Positions 29,085 to 39,462 are shown, numbered from the stretch's first letter. The stretch: 64,000 nt of DNA from Candidatus Nomurabacteria bacterium (GCA_021413905.1 JAIOPO010000001.1:137159-201158); one strand, 5' to 3'. Numbers and translations: made by a program. The notes: generated by a model from the sequence alone, not told the origin.

Positions 29085-29840
29085 ATGGAAATTTTGGAAA
29101 ATGAAGTACTGGAAAATGCTTATCTTATAAAAACCACTGGATTTGAAGGTCCTTTTGGTGTTCTTTTGAATTTAATAGAATCCAGAAAACTTTTCATAAA
29201 TGATTTTTCTTTGGCTCAAGTCACAGAAGATTATTTGCAATATGTGAATAATTTGGGAGGGTTAACACCGGCAGAAATTTCAAGTTTCATTATAGTGGCT
29301 TCGACTTTAATTTTAATAAAGTCAAAATCACTTTTACCTAATTTGAATTTGACCAATGAAGAAGAGTGTGAGATTTCAAATTTGGAAGACAGGTTAAAAC
29401 TCTATGAATTGTATTCAAAATTGTCTTTATCTGTAAAAGAAAAATTTTCTAAAAATATTATTTTCGCTCCTTTGGAAAGAAAAAATAATTTATTGGTTTT
29501 CTTACCTGATGATCAAATCACTCGCGAGAGTATGATGACTTTTGCACAAGAAGCCTTAAACAGAATACCTAAAAAGGTTTTACTCCCTGAAGTAGAAGTA
29601 AAAAAAGTCATAAGTATAGAAGAAATGATTGATAAGTTGACGGCTAGAATCCAAGAAGGCTTGCGGATGAATTTCAAGGAGTTTGCCGGCTCGGCGCAAA
29701 CAAAAGAAGAAAGAGTAGTTGTAATTGTAGGATTTCTTGCTATGCTAGAATTAGTGCGAGGAGGTATATTGAATGTGATACAGGATAATAATTTTGAAGA
29801 TATTATAATTGAAAAACAGGTTCTAGTTGCTAGTGACTAG
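29085..29840 (+). CDS. scpA: Segregation/condensation protein A
   Basis: FEGPFGVLLNLI, IKSKSLLP, FLAMLEL. Confidence 0.95.
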   Translation: MEILENEVLENAYLIKTTGFEGPFGVLLNLIESRKLFINDFSLAQVTEDYLQYVNNLGGLTPAEISSFIIVASTLILIKSKSLLPNLNLTNEEECEISNLEDRLKLYELYSKLSLSVKEKFSKNIIFAPLERKNNLLVFLPDDQITRESMMTFAQEALNRIPKKVLLPEVEVKKVISIEEMIDKLTARIQEGLRMNFKEFAGSAQTKEERVVVIVGFLAMLELVRGGILNVIQDNNFEDIIIEKQVLVASD

Positions 29841-29858
29841 TTTCTAGAAAATAGATAT

Positions 29859-30416
29859 ATGGATATAGAACAAAAAATAGAAGCATTGTTATTTTGGAAA
29901 GGCGAATCAATTTCTCGAAAAAAACTTTCGGAAGTTTTGGAAGTTGATATTCAAGAAATAAATGATGCTATAGAAAAATTGAAAGAAAATTTTCAAAATA
30001 GAGGAATAGTTGTAATGGAAAAAGAAAATGAAATAATGCTCGGCACTGCTCCTGAATTGTCAGAACTTTTTGAGAAAATACAAAAAGAAGAATTGAATAA
30101 AGAATTATCGAAAGCAAGTCTAGAAACATTGTCCATCGTTTTATACAAAAATGGAGCGAGTCGCGCGGAGATTGATTATATTCGTGGAGTGAATTCCAGT
30201 TTTATTTTACGCAATTTGGCTATTCGCGGACTTGTGGAAAAAGTCATAGATGATACTGACAATAGAAAATATATTTACAAGCCGACTTTCGAACTTTTAT
30301 CTTTTATGGGGGTAAAAAACATACAAGAATTGTCTGATTTTACAAATATCAATGATGTAGTGGAAAAGACCGCTCAAGAATTCGCCAAACAAGAAAATAA
30401 TGAAGAAGCACAATAA
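29859..30416 (+). CDS. scpB: Segregation/condensation protein B
   Basis: IEALLF, LSKASLETLSIVLY, IDYIRGVNS. Confidence 0.95.
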   Translation: MDIEQKIEALLFWKGESISRKKLSEVLEVDIQEINDAIEKLKENFQNRGIVVMEKENEIMLGTAPELSELFEKIQKEELNKELSKASLETLSIVLYKNGASRAEIDYIRGVNSSFILRNLAIRGLVEKVIDDTDNRKYIYKPTFELLSFMGVKNIQELSDFTNINDVVEKTAQEFAKQENNEEAQ

Positions 30417-31284
30417 GTATCTTTACTTTTTTGTTTTATTTTTTCTTGCCTTGGAGGCAATTTTGTTTTTTGTAAACAATCTAAAATTGGAAAAAGAATT
30501 TCAAAAACATGAAAGTAATATTTTAAATATTCAAAATAAAATTTCAGAAGAAACAATATATGCAAAAAGTTTTTCGATTTATGATTTAAATATTCAAAGA
30601 GAAATTTATAGTAAAAATTCCAATATGGTTTTACCTTTGGCATCTCTGACAAAGACGATGACTATGCTAATAGTCTTGAATGAAAACAAAAAGGACAATA
30701 TCGTAAATATTTCAAAAAATGCATTATTGCAAGACGGGGATTATGGTTTTTCTGTCGGTGAAAAATTAAAAATAGAAGATTTGGTAAAATTCACATTGAT
30801 TTCTTCTGCAAATGATGGAGCATATGCCTTGTCTGAACTTGTGCAGAACATTACCGAAAAGATGAATATTAAAGCAAAAAAAATAGGTCTGGAAAATACT
30901 TATTTTTTGAATCCTACTGGCCTGGATATCAGTGCTCATAAAGCAGGGGCTTATGGCACAGCTTTGGATATGAATTTATTGGCAATATACGCCGTAAAAG
31001 AATATCCGGAAATATTTGATGCTACAAAATTGACGGAAATAAATTTAAAATCCGAATCGGGTAAAAATCATTTTGAGAAAAATACGAATATTTTAGCGCA
31101 AAAAATTCCAAATTTAATTTTTTCAAAAACAGGCTTTACAAATATAGCAGGTGGCAATTTGTCTGTAATTTTTCAAAATAAAGAAGGGCATAAAATAGCC
31201 ATTACTGTCCTGAATTCAACTTTCGATGGCCGTTTTGTGGATATGGATAAACTTATTAATTTATTATATAATTGGAGTTATTAA
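30400..31284 (+). CDS. D-Ala-D-Ala carboxypeptidase, peptidase S11
   Basis: N-terminal TM; ASLTK (SxxK), SAN (SxN), NPTGLD, KTG. Confidence 0.9.
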   Translation: MKKHNKYLYFFVLFFLALEAILFFVNNLKLEKEFQKHESNILNIQNKISEETIYAKSFSIYDLNIQREIYSKNSNMVLPLASLTKTMTMLIVLNENKKDNIVNISKNALLQDGDYGFSVGEKLKIEDLVKFTLISSANDGAYALSELVQNITEKMNIKAKKIGLENTYFLNPTGLDISAHKAGAYGTALDMNLLAIYAVKEYPEIFDATKLTEINLKSESGKNHFEKNTNILAQKIPNLIFSKTGFTNIAGGNLSVIFQNKEGHKIAITVLNSTFDGRFVDMDKLINLLYNWSY

Positions 31285-31290
31285 AATTAA

Positions 31291-31317
31291 AAAAAGCTGA
31301 GGGTGACCCAGCTTTTT
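31291..31317. terminator. Bidirectional terminator
   Basis: AAAAAGCTG-agggtgacc-CAGCTTTTT. Confidence 0.75.
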
Positions 31318-31335
31318 GTTTTAAAGATGCAGGAT

Positions 31336-31839
31336 TTATTTTTTACCCTGCAGGATTTTGTTTTTTATAACCGAAATTAATTGTGGATGTATCCACAGAT
31401 GACTCGGTTTATATTTTCCATTATTTATCATTTCTATTAGTTTAACGGAACTAATATCCGCCACAGATTTTTCTGCGGGAATACAGAGAATTTTTTCTTT
31501 GTTTGTTTGAAATTTTTTTAAAAATTCTCCTTTTTCATCTTCATTATTGAAAGAACAAACAACCCTATCAGCTTTTTCAATGTAATCGATTACTGATTTT
31601 TTGTTCGAGGGTTTTAGGATGTTTTCTTTAGGTATACCGTAAAATTTATACGCTATATCTATTCTTTCTTCTAAAGAAAACAAAGGTTTTGTCTTCTCTT
31701 CTTCGTCGAAGATGCAAACAAACACTGGTCCTTTGTCTTTATGCTTAAAGATATTTTCGGCTTTTTTGATCAACCAAACATCTAATTGTGTCATTGGATC
31801 TATCGAACCAACGACAATAACTCTCGGTATTGTTTTCAT
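31336..31839 (-). CDS. Degenerate CoaD/PPAT-like nucleotidyltransferase-fold protein
   Basis: GSIDPMTQLD (cf. GSFDPITxGH), KPLFSLEERI, DISS; catalytic GH missing. Confidence 0.65.
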   Translation of the reverse strand: MKTIPRVIVVGSIDPMTQLDVWLIKKAENIFKHKDKGPVFVCIFDEEEKTKPLFSLEERIDIAYKFYGIPKENILKPSNKKSVIDYIEKADRVVCSFNNEDEKGEFLKKFQTNKEKILCIPAEKSVADISSVKLIEMINNGKYKPSHLWIHPQLISVIKNKILQGKK

Positions 31840-31944
31840 AATGTACGTTTTTTTAAATTCAATATCTTATAACATTTTTTAGATAAAAAGTAAATATCTA
31901 AAATAATTACATTTTATTAAATAATTTATGTTATAATACATTTC

Positions 31945-33000
31945 ATGTTGTTAAACATATTAAAAATTTTTGTGCCGACTGCAGTGGCTTTCTTTTTAGG
32001 GATAGCTATTACACCTGTAGCGACTTATTTTTTTTACAAATACAAAATGTGGAAAAAATATTCTCGCAATGAAAGTGTGACAAACGAAGATTTTAAAAAA
32101 ATACACAATGACGAGACAGAAAGACGCACTCCCAGAGTCGGAGGTATTATCATTTGGTTTTCAGTTTTTTTTACAAGTATTATTTTCTTTTTATTTTCAG
32201 TTTTTTCAAATATTCCAATGTTCGAAAAAATAAATTTTTTAAGTCGCAATCAAACTTTCATTCCATTTTTTACATTGTTACTCGGATCATTGATAGGTCT
32301 TTGGGATGATTTGATACAAATATATGGCAATGGAAAAATAGCTAAAGATGACGGATCTTGGCGTAAATGGAAAGCATTTTTAATCGCAAGTCTTTCTTTG
32401 CTTATAGGATGTTGGTTTTTTTATAAATTGGGAATGACGACAATACATATTCCTTTTTCCGGTGAATTGTATTTAGGCATATTGATTATTCCTTTTTTTA
32501 TAATAGTTTCTTTGGCCACTTTTTCCGGCGGAGTGATAGATGGCATAGACGGTCTTTCTGGTGGAGTTTTGGCTTCAATTTTTGCTTCATATTCAGCGAT
32601 AGCTTTTGCAAATAATCAGATAGACTTGTCTGCTTTTTCAGGAGTCATAACCGGGGCAATTTTGGCTTTTCTTTGGTTTAATATTCCACCGGCGAGGTTT
32701 TATATGGGAGAGACAGGTATGATGGGGCTCACGATAGTATTGGCAACCATGGCATTTTTGACTGATTCTGTGTTTATTTTGCCGATAGTTGCTTTACCTT
32801 TGGTTATCACTTCTTTGTCTGTAATTTTACAAACAGCTTCAAAGAAATTTCGAAATGGAAAAAAAGTTTTCAGAATTGCACCGATACATCATCATTTTGA
32901 AGCTCTCGGTTGGCCTTCTTCAAAAGTAACAATGCGTTTTTGGATTTTATCCGTAGTCTTTGCAATTGTCGGAATTATTTTAGCAATTATAAGTAAATAG
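31945..33000 (+). CDS. mraY: Phospho-N-acetylmuramoyl-pentapeptide transferase
   Basis: TPRVGG, GLWDD, DGIDGL, FNIPPARFYMGETG, APIHHHFE. Confidence 0.96.
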   Translation: MLLNILKIFVPTAVAFFLGIAITPVATYFFYKYKMWKKYSRNESVTNEDFKKIHNDETERRTPRVGGIIIWFSVFFTSIIFFLFSVFSNIPMFEKINFLSRNQTFIPFFTLLLGSLIGLWDDLIQIYGNGKIAKDDGSWRKWKAFLIASLSLLIGCWFFYKLGMTTIHIPFSGELYLGILIIPFFIIVSLATFSGGVIDGIDGLSGGVLASIFASYSAIAFANNQIDLSAFSGVITGAILAFLWFNIPPARFYMGETGMMGLTIVLATMAFLTDSVFILPIVALPLVITSLSVILQTASKKFRNGKKVFRIAPIHHHFEALGWPSSKVTMRFWILSVVFAIVGIILAIISK

Positions 33001-33005
33001 TTTTA

Positions 33006-34109
33006 ATGAAAAATAAAAAAGTAGATAAATTTTTTCTAATAATTGTTTTAATTTTAATTTTTGGCGGAGTTGCCATGTTTGTCTCAGCTTCATTGGGTAT
33101 TTTAGCAAAGAATAAAGACACTTTTTATTCTGTTTTGTTTAGTCAGCTGGTGTTAGGTCTCGGTTGTGGTTTGGTAGGAATGTATACAGCATTAAAAATA
33201 AATTATAAAATTTGGAGAAATTACGCTTTTTATATTTTTATAGCTTCTATCATATTGATGACTTTTGTATTTATACCGCATGTAGGTTGGAGTCACGGAG
33301 GAGCTACGAGATGGATAAAAATCGGCCCAGTTTCTTTTCAACCGGCAGAAATTTTAAAATTCAGTTTTATTATTTATTTTTCAGCATTTTTATCATGGTC
33401 TAAAGATAAAATAAAAAGTTTTAAATACGGTATTTTGCCTCTATTGGGAATGTTGGCTGTTATCGCTGTGGTTTTATTGAAACAACCAGATACAAAAAGT
33501 TTTATCTTGATAACGTTTACCGGTATTTGTATGTATTTTATTTCTGGTGGGCCTTGGAAATATATTGCAGGAATAGGAGCTATTTGTGTCGTTGTATTTG
33601 GAACATTAATATTTTTTACTCCGTATTTACAACAAAGAGTGAATACGTTTTTAGACCCGTCACATGATCCAAAAGGTTCTTCATATCAAATACAACAATC
33701 CATGATAGCTCTCGGCTCGGGTGGTATTTTCGGTAGAGGTTATGGACAAAGTATTCAAAAGTTCAGTTATTTACCTGAACCGCAAGGGGACTCTATTTTC
33801 GCTGTTTTAGGTGAAGAATTAGGATTTTTGGGTGCAGTAATAACAATATTTTTATATTGCGCTTTTGCTTTACGTGGAATACGTATTGCAAATAATTCAC
33901 CAGATTCATTCGGTAGACTTTTGGTCTCCGGAATTGTTATACTTATGACAGCGCAATCATTTATGAATATTGCGTCTATTGTAGGAGTTTTTCCTTTGAC
34001 AGGTGTTCCGCTTGTTTTTATGAGTCATGGGGGCACATCACTTATGATATATATGACGGCGATAGGTATCGTTCTGAATATATCTAAGTTTCAAAAATTT
34101 CTTGTTTAA
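33006..34109 (+). CDS. ftsW: SEDS peptidoglycan polymerase FtsW
   Basis: GATRWI, FQPAEILK, QPD, GEELG, PLTGVPL.FMSHGG; mraY-ftsW-murG order. Confidence 0.92.
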   Translation: MKNKKVDKFFLIIVLILIFGGVAMFVSASLGILAKNKDTFYSVLFSQLVLGLGCGLVGMYTALKINYKIWRNYAFYIFIASIILMTFVFIPHVGWSHGGATRWIKIGPVSFQPAEILKFSFIIYFSAFLSWSKDKIKSFKYGILPLLGMLAVIAVVLLKQPDTKSFILITFTGICMYFISGGPWKYIAGIGAICVVVFGTLIFFTPYLQQRVNTFLDPSHDPKGSSYQIQQSMIALGSGGIFGRGYGQSIQKFSYLPEPQGDSIFAVLGEELGFLGAVITIFLYCAFALRGIRIANNSPDSFGRLLVSGIVILMTAQSFMNIASIVGVFPLTGVPLVFMSHGGTSLMIYMTAIGIVLNISKFQKFLV

Positions 34110-34137
34110 TTAAAAAAATAAAATTATAAAATATATT

Positions 34138-35268
34138 ATGAAAATTGTATTCACGGGCGGGGGAACAGGGGGGCATTTTTATCCAATTATCGCTGTCGCT
34201 CAAAAAGTAAATCAAATAATAGACGAAGAAAAAATAGTCGGAGCGAAATTGTATTATTTTTCAGACAGCCCGTACGACAAGCAGGCTCTTTTTGAGAATG
34301 GACTTATTTTTGAAGAAATAAATGCCGGAAAAATGAGGATCTATTTTTCTTTGAAAAATTTTTCTGATATGTTTAAAGTTTTCTTTGGTGTATTAGGAGC
34401 GATTTTTAAATTATTTTCAGTTTACCCGGATGTTGTTTTTGGAAAAGGGGGTTATGCTTCTTTTCCGACACTTTTTGCTGCATGGTTTTTACATATACCT
34501 GTGGTAATTCATGAATCAGATTCTGCTCCTGGCAGAGTCAATAAATGGGCTGGAAAATTTGCAAAGAAAATAGCAGTTTCTTTTAATGAATCAGCTGAAT
34601 ATTTTCCAAAGGAAAAAGTAGCTTGGACAGGACAACCAATACGTTCTGAAATAGAAAACCTACCTGATAAACAAAAATCTTTGGAATATTTTAAACTTGA
34701 ATCAAGTCTGCCAGTTCTTTTAATATTAGGAGGTTCACAGGGTTCTGAACTTATTAATAATACTATTTTAGACGCATTACCTAGACTTGTAAAAAATTAC
34801 CAGATTATTCATCAAGCTGGTGTGAAAAATTTTAAAATGGTAAAACAAAGATCTGAAGTTGTTCTAGAAAATGAAAAAGAGAAAAGCAGATATATGGTCT
34901 TTGATTTTTTAAATCCTTTACAGATGAAAATGGCTGCTGGCTCAGCATCGCTCGTTATATCACGAGCAGGTTCTGGGCTTTTTGAGATTGCATGCTGGGG
35001 TGTGTCTTCAATTTTAATTCCTATTACACATTCAAACTTAGATCATCAAAGAAAAAATGCATTCAATTATGCAAGAGCAGGGGCATGTAGTGTGATAGAA
35101 GAAATGAATATGACTGCAAATATTTTAAGTTCTGAAATTGAAAGAATAACAAAAGACCCGACACTTCTTGAAAGGATGTCTAAAAATGCAAATAATTTTA
35201 ATAAAAAAGACGCTTCTTTTAAAATAGCAAAAGCTATTATCGATATGGCTTTAAGCCATGAAAAATAA
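34138..35268 (+). CDS. murG: Undecaprenyl-PP-MurNAc-pentapeptide GlcNAc transferase
   Basis: GGGTGGH, GGYASFP, HESD, GGSQG, SRAG, HQRKNA. Confidence 0.97.
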   Translation: MKIVFTGGGTGGHFYPIIAVAQKVNQIIDEEKIVGAKLYYFSDSPYDKQALFENGLIFEEINAGKMRIYFSLKNFSDMFKVFFGVLGAIFKLFSVYPDVVFGKGGYASFPTLFAAWFLHIPVVIHESDSAPGRVNKWAGKFAKKIAVSFNESAEYFPKEKVAWTGQPIRSEIENLPDKQKSLEYFKLESSLPVLLILGGSQGSELINNTILDALPRLVKNYQIIHQAGVKNFKMVKQRSEVVLENEKEKSRYMVFDFLNPLQMKMAAGSASLVISRAGSGLFEIACWGVSSILIPITHSNLDHQRKNAFNYARAGACSVIEEMNMTANILSSEIERITKDPTLLERMSKNANNFNKKDASFKIAKAIIDMALSHEK

Positions 35269-35354
35269 GGATACTTTAATTACTTGACAATAAGACAGAT
35301 TTTGTGCTATTATCTAAAAAGAATAAATGTTGTTTAATTTAAAAAACTTTTCAC

Positions 35355-35804
35355 ATGACAAAGTTCGATTCAGGCTTTTTAAAGATAGCCAGTTTGGTTA
35401 TTTTATTATTCCTTACTTATATTCAGTTCTCTTCTTCAAGGGAAAAAGAAGCATCTGAAGAAGAAAAGATATTGATTGAAAAAAAAATTGATTCTTTGCA
35501 GATTAAATACAAAGAATTCAATCAAAGAGAGGAAGAAATAAAATTGGAAATCAAAAATAACAATGATTCCAATACAAAGAATGCCTTAGCTCTCGAAAGA
35601 TTAGCTAGAGCAAATCAACAAAATAGTTATGCTATTTTGAAACTAAATTCTCGAATGGAGACCAACGAAGCTGAAATTCGAGTTTTTGGTGAAATCATTT
35701 CATTGTATGAGAATTATTTTCATGCAATGGATTCAATAAAAAAATCAACCCCCGCGGTTGATAGTTATAAAGTGATTTATTACAGGCAATTACCCCCAGG
35801 GTGA
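35355..35804 (+). CDS. Orphan membrane-anchored coiled-coil protein
   Basis: N-terminal TM then heptad-rich region; own TTGACA...TGcTATTAT promoter and terminator. Confidence 0.7.
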   Translation: MTKFDSGFLKIASLVILLFLTYIQFSSSREKEASEEEKILIEKKIDSLQIKYKEFNQREEEIKLEIKNNNDSNTKNALALERLARANQQNSYAILKLNSRMETNEAEIRVFGEIISLYENYFHAMDSIKKSTPAVDSYKVIYYRQLPPG

Positions 35805-35815
35805 TTGCCTTTTTT
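35784..35815 (+). terminator. Terminator containing the stop codon of 35355-35804
   Basis: AGGCAATTACCC-cca-GGGTGATTGCCT-TTTTT. Confidence 0.85.
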
Positions 35816-35845
35816 ATTTTTCTGTAATTATGTTAATATGAACAT

Positions 35846-37153
35846 ATGGAAGAAAAAATAGTAACAAGATTTGCACCGAGCCCTACAGGTTTTTTACATT
35901 TAGGCTCTTATAGAACTGCAATTTTTTCTTATCTTTATGCAAAGAAAAATAATGGTATCTTTGTATTAAGAATAGAAGACACTGATAAAGAGAGGTCTAA
36001 AAAAGAATACGAAGAAAATATAATTGAGAGCTTGAAATGGCTTGGACTTGATTATGATAAATTTTACAGACAATCAGAAAATGTAGAACGTCATAAATTT
36101 TATTTAGAAAAAATGATAAAAGACGGTAATGCATATATTTCAAAAGAAGAAGCCAAAGATGGTAGTGGTATTATAAAAGAAATCATACGTTTCAAAAATC
36201 CAAACATTGATGTTACTTTTAACGATGATATAAAAGGAGAAGTCACTATGAATACAAAAGATTTGGGTGATTTTGTTCTTGCAAAAAATCTCAATGAACC
36301 TTTGTTCCATTTAGCTGTAGTAATTGATGATTTTGAAGAAGGGGTAACTCATGTTATACGAGGTGAAGATCATGTATCAAACACTCCAAGACAAATTTTA
36401 ATACAAAAAGCCATAGGTGCCCCGACACCGCATTATGCACATTTACCACTTGTATTAGGATCAGATAAATTAAAACTTTCTAAGCGTAGAGGTGCTTTAG
36501 CGATAACAGAATATAAAAAAATGGGATTCTTACCAGAAGCTATTTTGAATGGTGTTGCTTTTATTGGTTGGAATCCGGGAACAGAACAAGAAATATTTTC
36601 TCACGACGAATTAATACAATCTTTTGATTTACATAAAGTACAAAAAAGTCCAGCTGTGTTTAATCAAGAAAAACTTGAATGGTTCAACAAAGAACACTTG
36701 AAAAATATTTCATTAGAAGAAGCCAAGGAAAGAATTTTTATTTATCTACCTGATGAATTAAAAAAAGAGAAACTTATTCCATTAATTATGGAAAGAATTT
36801 CAAAATTCGGTGATGTAAAAGATTTGGTAGACAGGGGAGAGCTAGACTTTTTTTACAAAGCTCCAATATACGATAAAGAAAAGTTAATATTCAAAAATAT
36901 TTCTGCTGAAAAAATTTTACAAAATTTAAAACTTGCACACGAAGTATTAAATGAAATTAATGAATCTGATTTCACTAGAGAAAATATAAAAAATGTTTTA
37001 ATGAAAATAGCTGATACTTTAGAGAGTCGTGGAGAAATTTTACATCCTGTGCGTTATTCTTTATCGGGTTTAGATAAATCTCCTGATCCTTTTGTCATTG
37101 CTGAAATTTTAGGAAAAAATGAAACTTTATCACGACTACAAAAAGCAATTTAA
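35846..37153 (+). CDS. gltX: Glutamate--tRNA ligase
   Basis: RFAPSPTG.LHLG, RIEDTD, RGEDH, KLSKR. Confidence 0.97.
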   Translation: MEEKIVTRFAPSPTGFLHLGSYRTAIFSYLYAKKNNGIFVLRIEDTDKERSKKEYEENIIESLKWLGLDYDKFYRQSENVERHKFYLEKMIKDGNAYISKEEAKDGSGIIKEIIRFKNPNIDVTFNDDIKGEVTMNTKDLGDFVLAKNLNEPLFHLAVVIDDFEEGVTHVIRGEDHVSNTPRQILIQKAIGAPTPHYAHLPLVLGSDKLKLSKRRGALAITEYKKMGFLPEAILNGVAFIGWNPGTEQEIFSHDELIQSFDLHKVQKSPAVFNQEKLEWFNKEHLKNISLEEAKERIFIYLPDELKKEKLIPLIMERISKFGDVKDLVDRGELDFFYKAPIYDKEKLIFKNISAEKILQNLKLAHEVLNEINESDFTRENIKNVLMKIADTLESRGEILHPVRYSLSGLDKSPDPFVIAEILGKNETLSRLQKAI

Positions 37154-38405
37154 TTTCTGTTTATTTGTTCTTTTGTTGGTTTTTCCAATGCTTTTTATCT
37201 ATGCACAAAGTGTTGAAGATTTAAATTCTAAAATTAATCAGAGAAATATAGATATAGCTAATCTTGAAAAAGAAATAGCGTTATATCAAAATCAATTAGA
37301 TGACCTGGGTAAACAAAAAAACTCTTTAAACAGCACATTGCAAGAGCTGGATTTAAATAAAAAGAAATTATCAGCTGATATATCAATAACTCAAAAAAAA
37401 ATCGATAATACTAACTATAAAATAAAAGAACTAACCTCACAGATTGGTGATAAGGAAAGTATAATCTCAATAGACACAGAATCTATTTTATTGAATTTAC
37501 GAAAGACAAATGAATTAGAAATGAATTCTATTTTAGAAACAATACTTTCAAAAAATGATTTTACTTCAATTTGGAATGATATAGATAATATGCTTTTTGT
37601 TCATAAAAAAATAAAAGAAAATATAGCAGAGCTGAAAACAATCAAAGGTCAATTGGAAGACAATAGAAAAGAAACTTTAAATGCTAAGAATGAACTTTTA
37701 TCTTTAAAAAATAAACTTGCAGATCAGAAAAAAATCATAGAACAAAATACAATAGAAAAAAAGAAAATTTTAGCACAAACAAAAAATAGTGAGTCTAACT
37801 ATCAAACTTTATTGAAAGACAGGGTTGCAAAAAAAGATGCTTTTGAAAAAGATTTACGTGATTATGAATCACAATTAAAATATATTTTAGATCCATCAAA
37901 ATTACCAAATGGTGGTGTATTGTCTTGGCCATTAGACAATGTTTATATTACTCAGCTATTTGGTAAAACAGAAGCAGGGAAGCGTTTATATGCCACAGGA
38001 TCTCATAATGGAGTTGATTTTAGAGCTTCTGTAGGTACTCCAATAAAAGCTATGTCAGATGGTATTGTAGCAGGTTTTGGAGATACGGATATTCAATGTG
38101 CTGGTGTATCTTTTGGAAAATTTATTTTAATAAAATACGATAATGGTTTGGCTAGTACATATGGACATTTATCTTTAATAAAAGTTTCAAATGGTCAAAG
38201 AGTAAATCGTGGTGAAATAGTCGGCTACAGTGGTAATACTGGTTATTCTACTGGCCCACATTTACACGTTTCTATTTATGCAAGAGATGCTGTTGATTTA
38301 AAAACATTGCCTAGTAAATCTTGTCCTGGTAAAGTTTTAACTCAACCAATTTCTGCGTTAAATGCTTATCTAGATCCAATGTATTATTTACCAAAATATA
38401 AATAA
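37119..38405 (+). CDS. Exported coiled-coil M23 peptidase (EnvC/MepM-like)
   Basis: Signal peptide, long coiled coil, HNGVD, YGHL, STGPHLH. Confidence 0.92.
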   Translation: MKLYHDYKKQFNFCLFVLLLVFPMLFIYAQSVEDLNSKINQRNIDIANLEKEIALYQNQLDDLGKQKNSLNSTLQELDLNKKKLSADISITQKKIDNTNYKIKELTSQIGDKESIISIDTESILLNLRKTNELEMNSILETILSKNDFTSIWNDIDNMLFVHKKIKENIAELKTIKGQLEDNRKETLNAKNELLSLKNKLADQKKIIEQNTIEKKKILAQTKNSESNYQTLLKDRVAKKDAFEKDLRDYESQLKYILDPSKLPNGGVLSWPLDNVYITQLFGKTEAGKRLYATGSHNGVDFRASVGTPIKAMSDGIVAGFGDTDIQCAGVSFGKFILIKYDNGLASTYGHLSLIKVSNGQRVNRGEIVGYSGNTGYSTGPHLHVSIYARDAVDLKTLPSKSCPGKVLTQPISALNAYLDPMYYLPKYK

Positions 38406-38453
38406 TACACATTTTTATTTGCTTTATTATATGTAATTGATAAAATTATATAT

Positions 38454-38597
38454 ATGAATAATTTTAATAACAAACAAGGAGGATTTTTGCAATTAATTGT
38501 TTTTATTGTGGTTATAGTTTTAATCATGTGGTATTTTCATTTAACTGTTCATGGTATTATTGCTTGGTTTGTAACAATGATTCAAAATGTTTGGTAA
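38454..38597 (+). CDS. Small (47 aa) prepilin-like hydrophobic peptide, not in the ORF track
   Basis: MNNFNNKQGG|FLQLIVFIVVIVLIMWYFHLTVHGIIAWFVTMIQNVW; TGaTAAAAT just upstream; overlaps the next start. Confidence 0.7.
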   Translation: MNNFNNKQGGFLQLIVFIVVIVLIMWYFHLTVHGIIAWFVTMIQNVW

Positions 38598-38967
38598 AAA
38601 TAAAAAATTAAAAAGGGGAGCATTAAGTGTTTTAACTTTAATAGGTCTAGGTATTATTTTATTCGTTGCTCTAAGCTATTTTAATGTTAATATCCAGTCT
38701 GTCATAAATGGAGATCAAGGTTCGGATAAAATAAACGCAGTTAAAGACATAGTACAAAGCACCCAAACTCATAAAAATGTAAATTATGTATCTGATCAAG
38801 CTCAAGGTATCTGGGCCGCTTACTTAAAAGTTCCATTTTCAAATTTATATAATAATTATTTTATTCCTTACATATGGAATCCTTTTATAGACAATATGAA
38901 AAGGATTCAAGTTGGGCAACCGACAGACTTTCAAAATTTATCTCCTCGTGCATTTTTTCCAAATTAA
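38587..38967 (+). CDS. Hypothetical protein with a class III (prepilin-like) leader
   Basis: KNKKLKRG|ALSVLTLIGLGIILFVALSYF. Confidence 0.65.
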   Translation: MFGKNKKLKRGALSVLTLIGLGIILFVALSYFNVNIQSVINGDQGSDKINAVKDIVQSTQTHKNVNYVSDQAQGIWAAYLKVPFSNLYNNYFIPYIWNPFIDNMKRIQVGQPTDFQNLSPRAFFPN

Positions 38968-39066
38968 ATATTATATATATAATATATTTTAAATATATAA
39001 GCTTACCGCAAAGATATATTGTGCGACATAGTATTATTTTATCCCCTTTAGAAATAAAGGCTTAAA

Positions 39067-39462
39067 TCAACACGAACTAGATAATGTATATCCTGCACTC
39101 TCCGCTTGCAGGCTTGTTTCAAAATAAATTTTATTTTCTTCTTTTAAACTTTTACCTGCAGAACATCCCGCACTGTAGTATTTATGTCCTTTTTTAGATG
39201 CAAAATAATTGCCTGAATTTTGGCTTGTATTTGATGTTGTTTTAGGTGCTATGTATGCCCTATTTTGACTTTCTAAGCCGTTTTCTAGAGTATCAAGGTC
39301 ATTTACTTGTTGATCTGTATATTCGACTTTCAGACCTCCATTTGGAGTATTTTTAGATAATCTACCTAATCCAAATGATGCTAAACCTACTAAAATAACT
39401 ATAATTACAGTTAAAATGTCTTTTCCATTATCACTTTCAATAAAATACTTGATTTTTTCCAT
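39067..39462 (-). CDS. Membrane-anchored protein with a C-terminal Ada metal-binding-like domain
   Basis: TM ..ASFGLGRLS; ASKKGHKYY..GC..G..LKEEN.IYF....AESAGY....C. Confidence 0.78.
   Translation of the reverse strand: MEKIKYFIESDNGKDILTVIIVILVGLASFGLGRLSKNTPNGGLKVEYTDQQVNDLDTLENGLESQNRAYIAPKTTSNTSQNSGNYFASKKGHKYYSAGCSAGKSLKEENKIYFETSLQAESAGYTLSSSC

Noticed and set aside
38968-39066. AT-rich quasi-palindromic stretch as oriC/DUE
   Set aside because: No dnaA nearby and no DnaA-box cluster; it is more simply a low-complexity gap between convergent genes.
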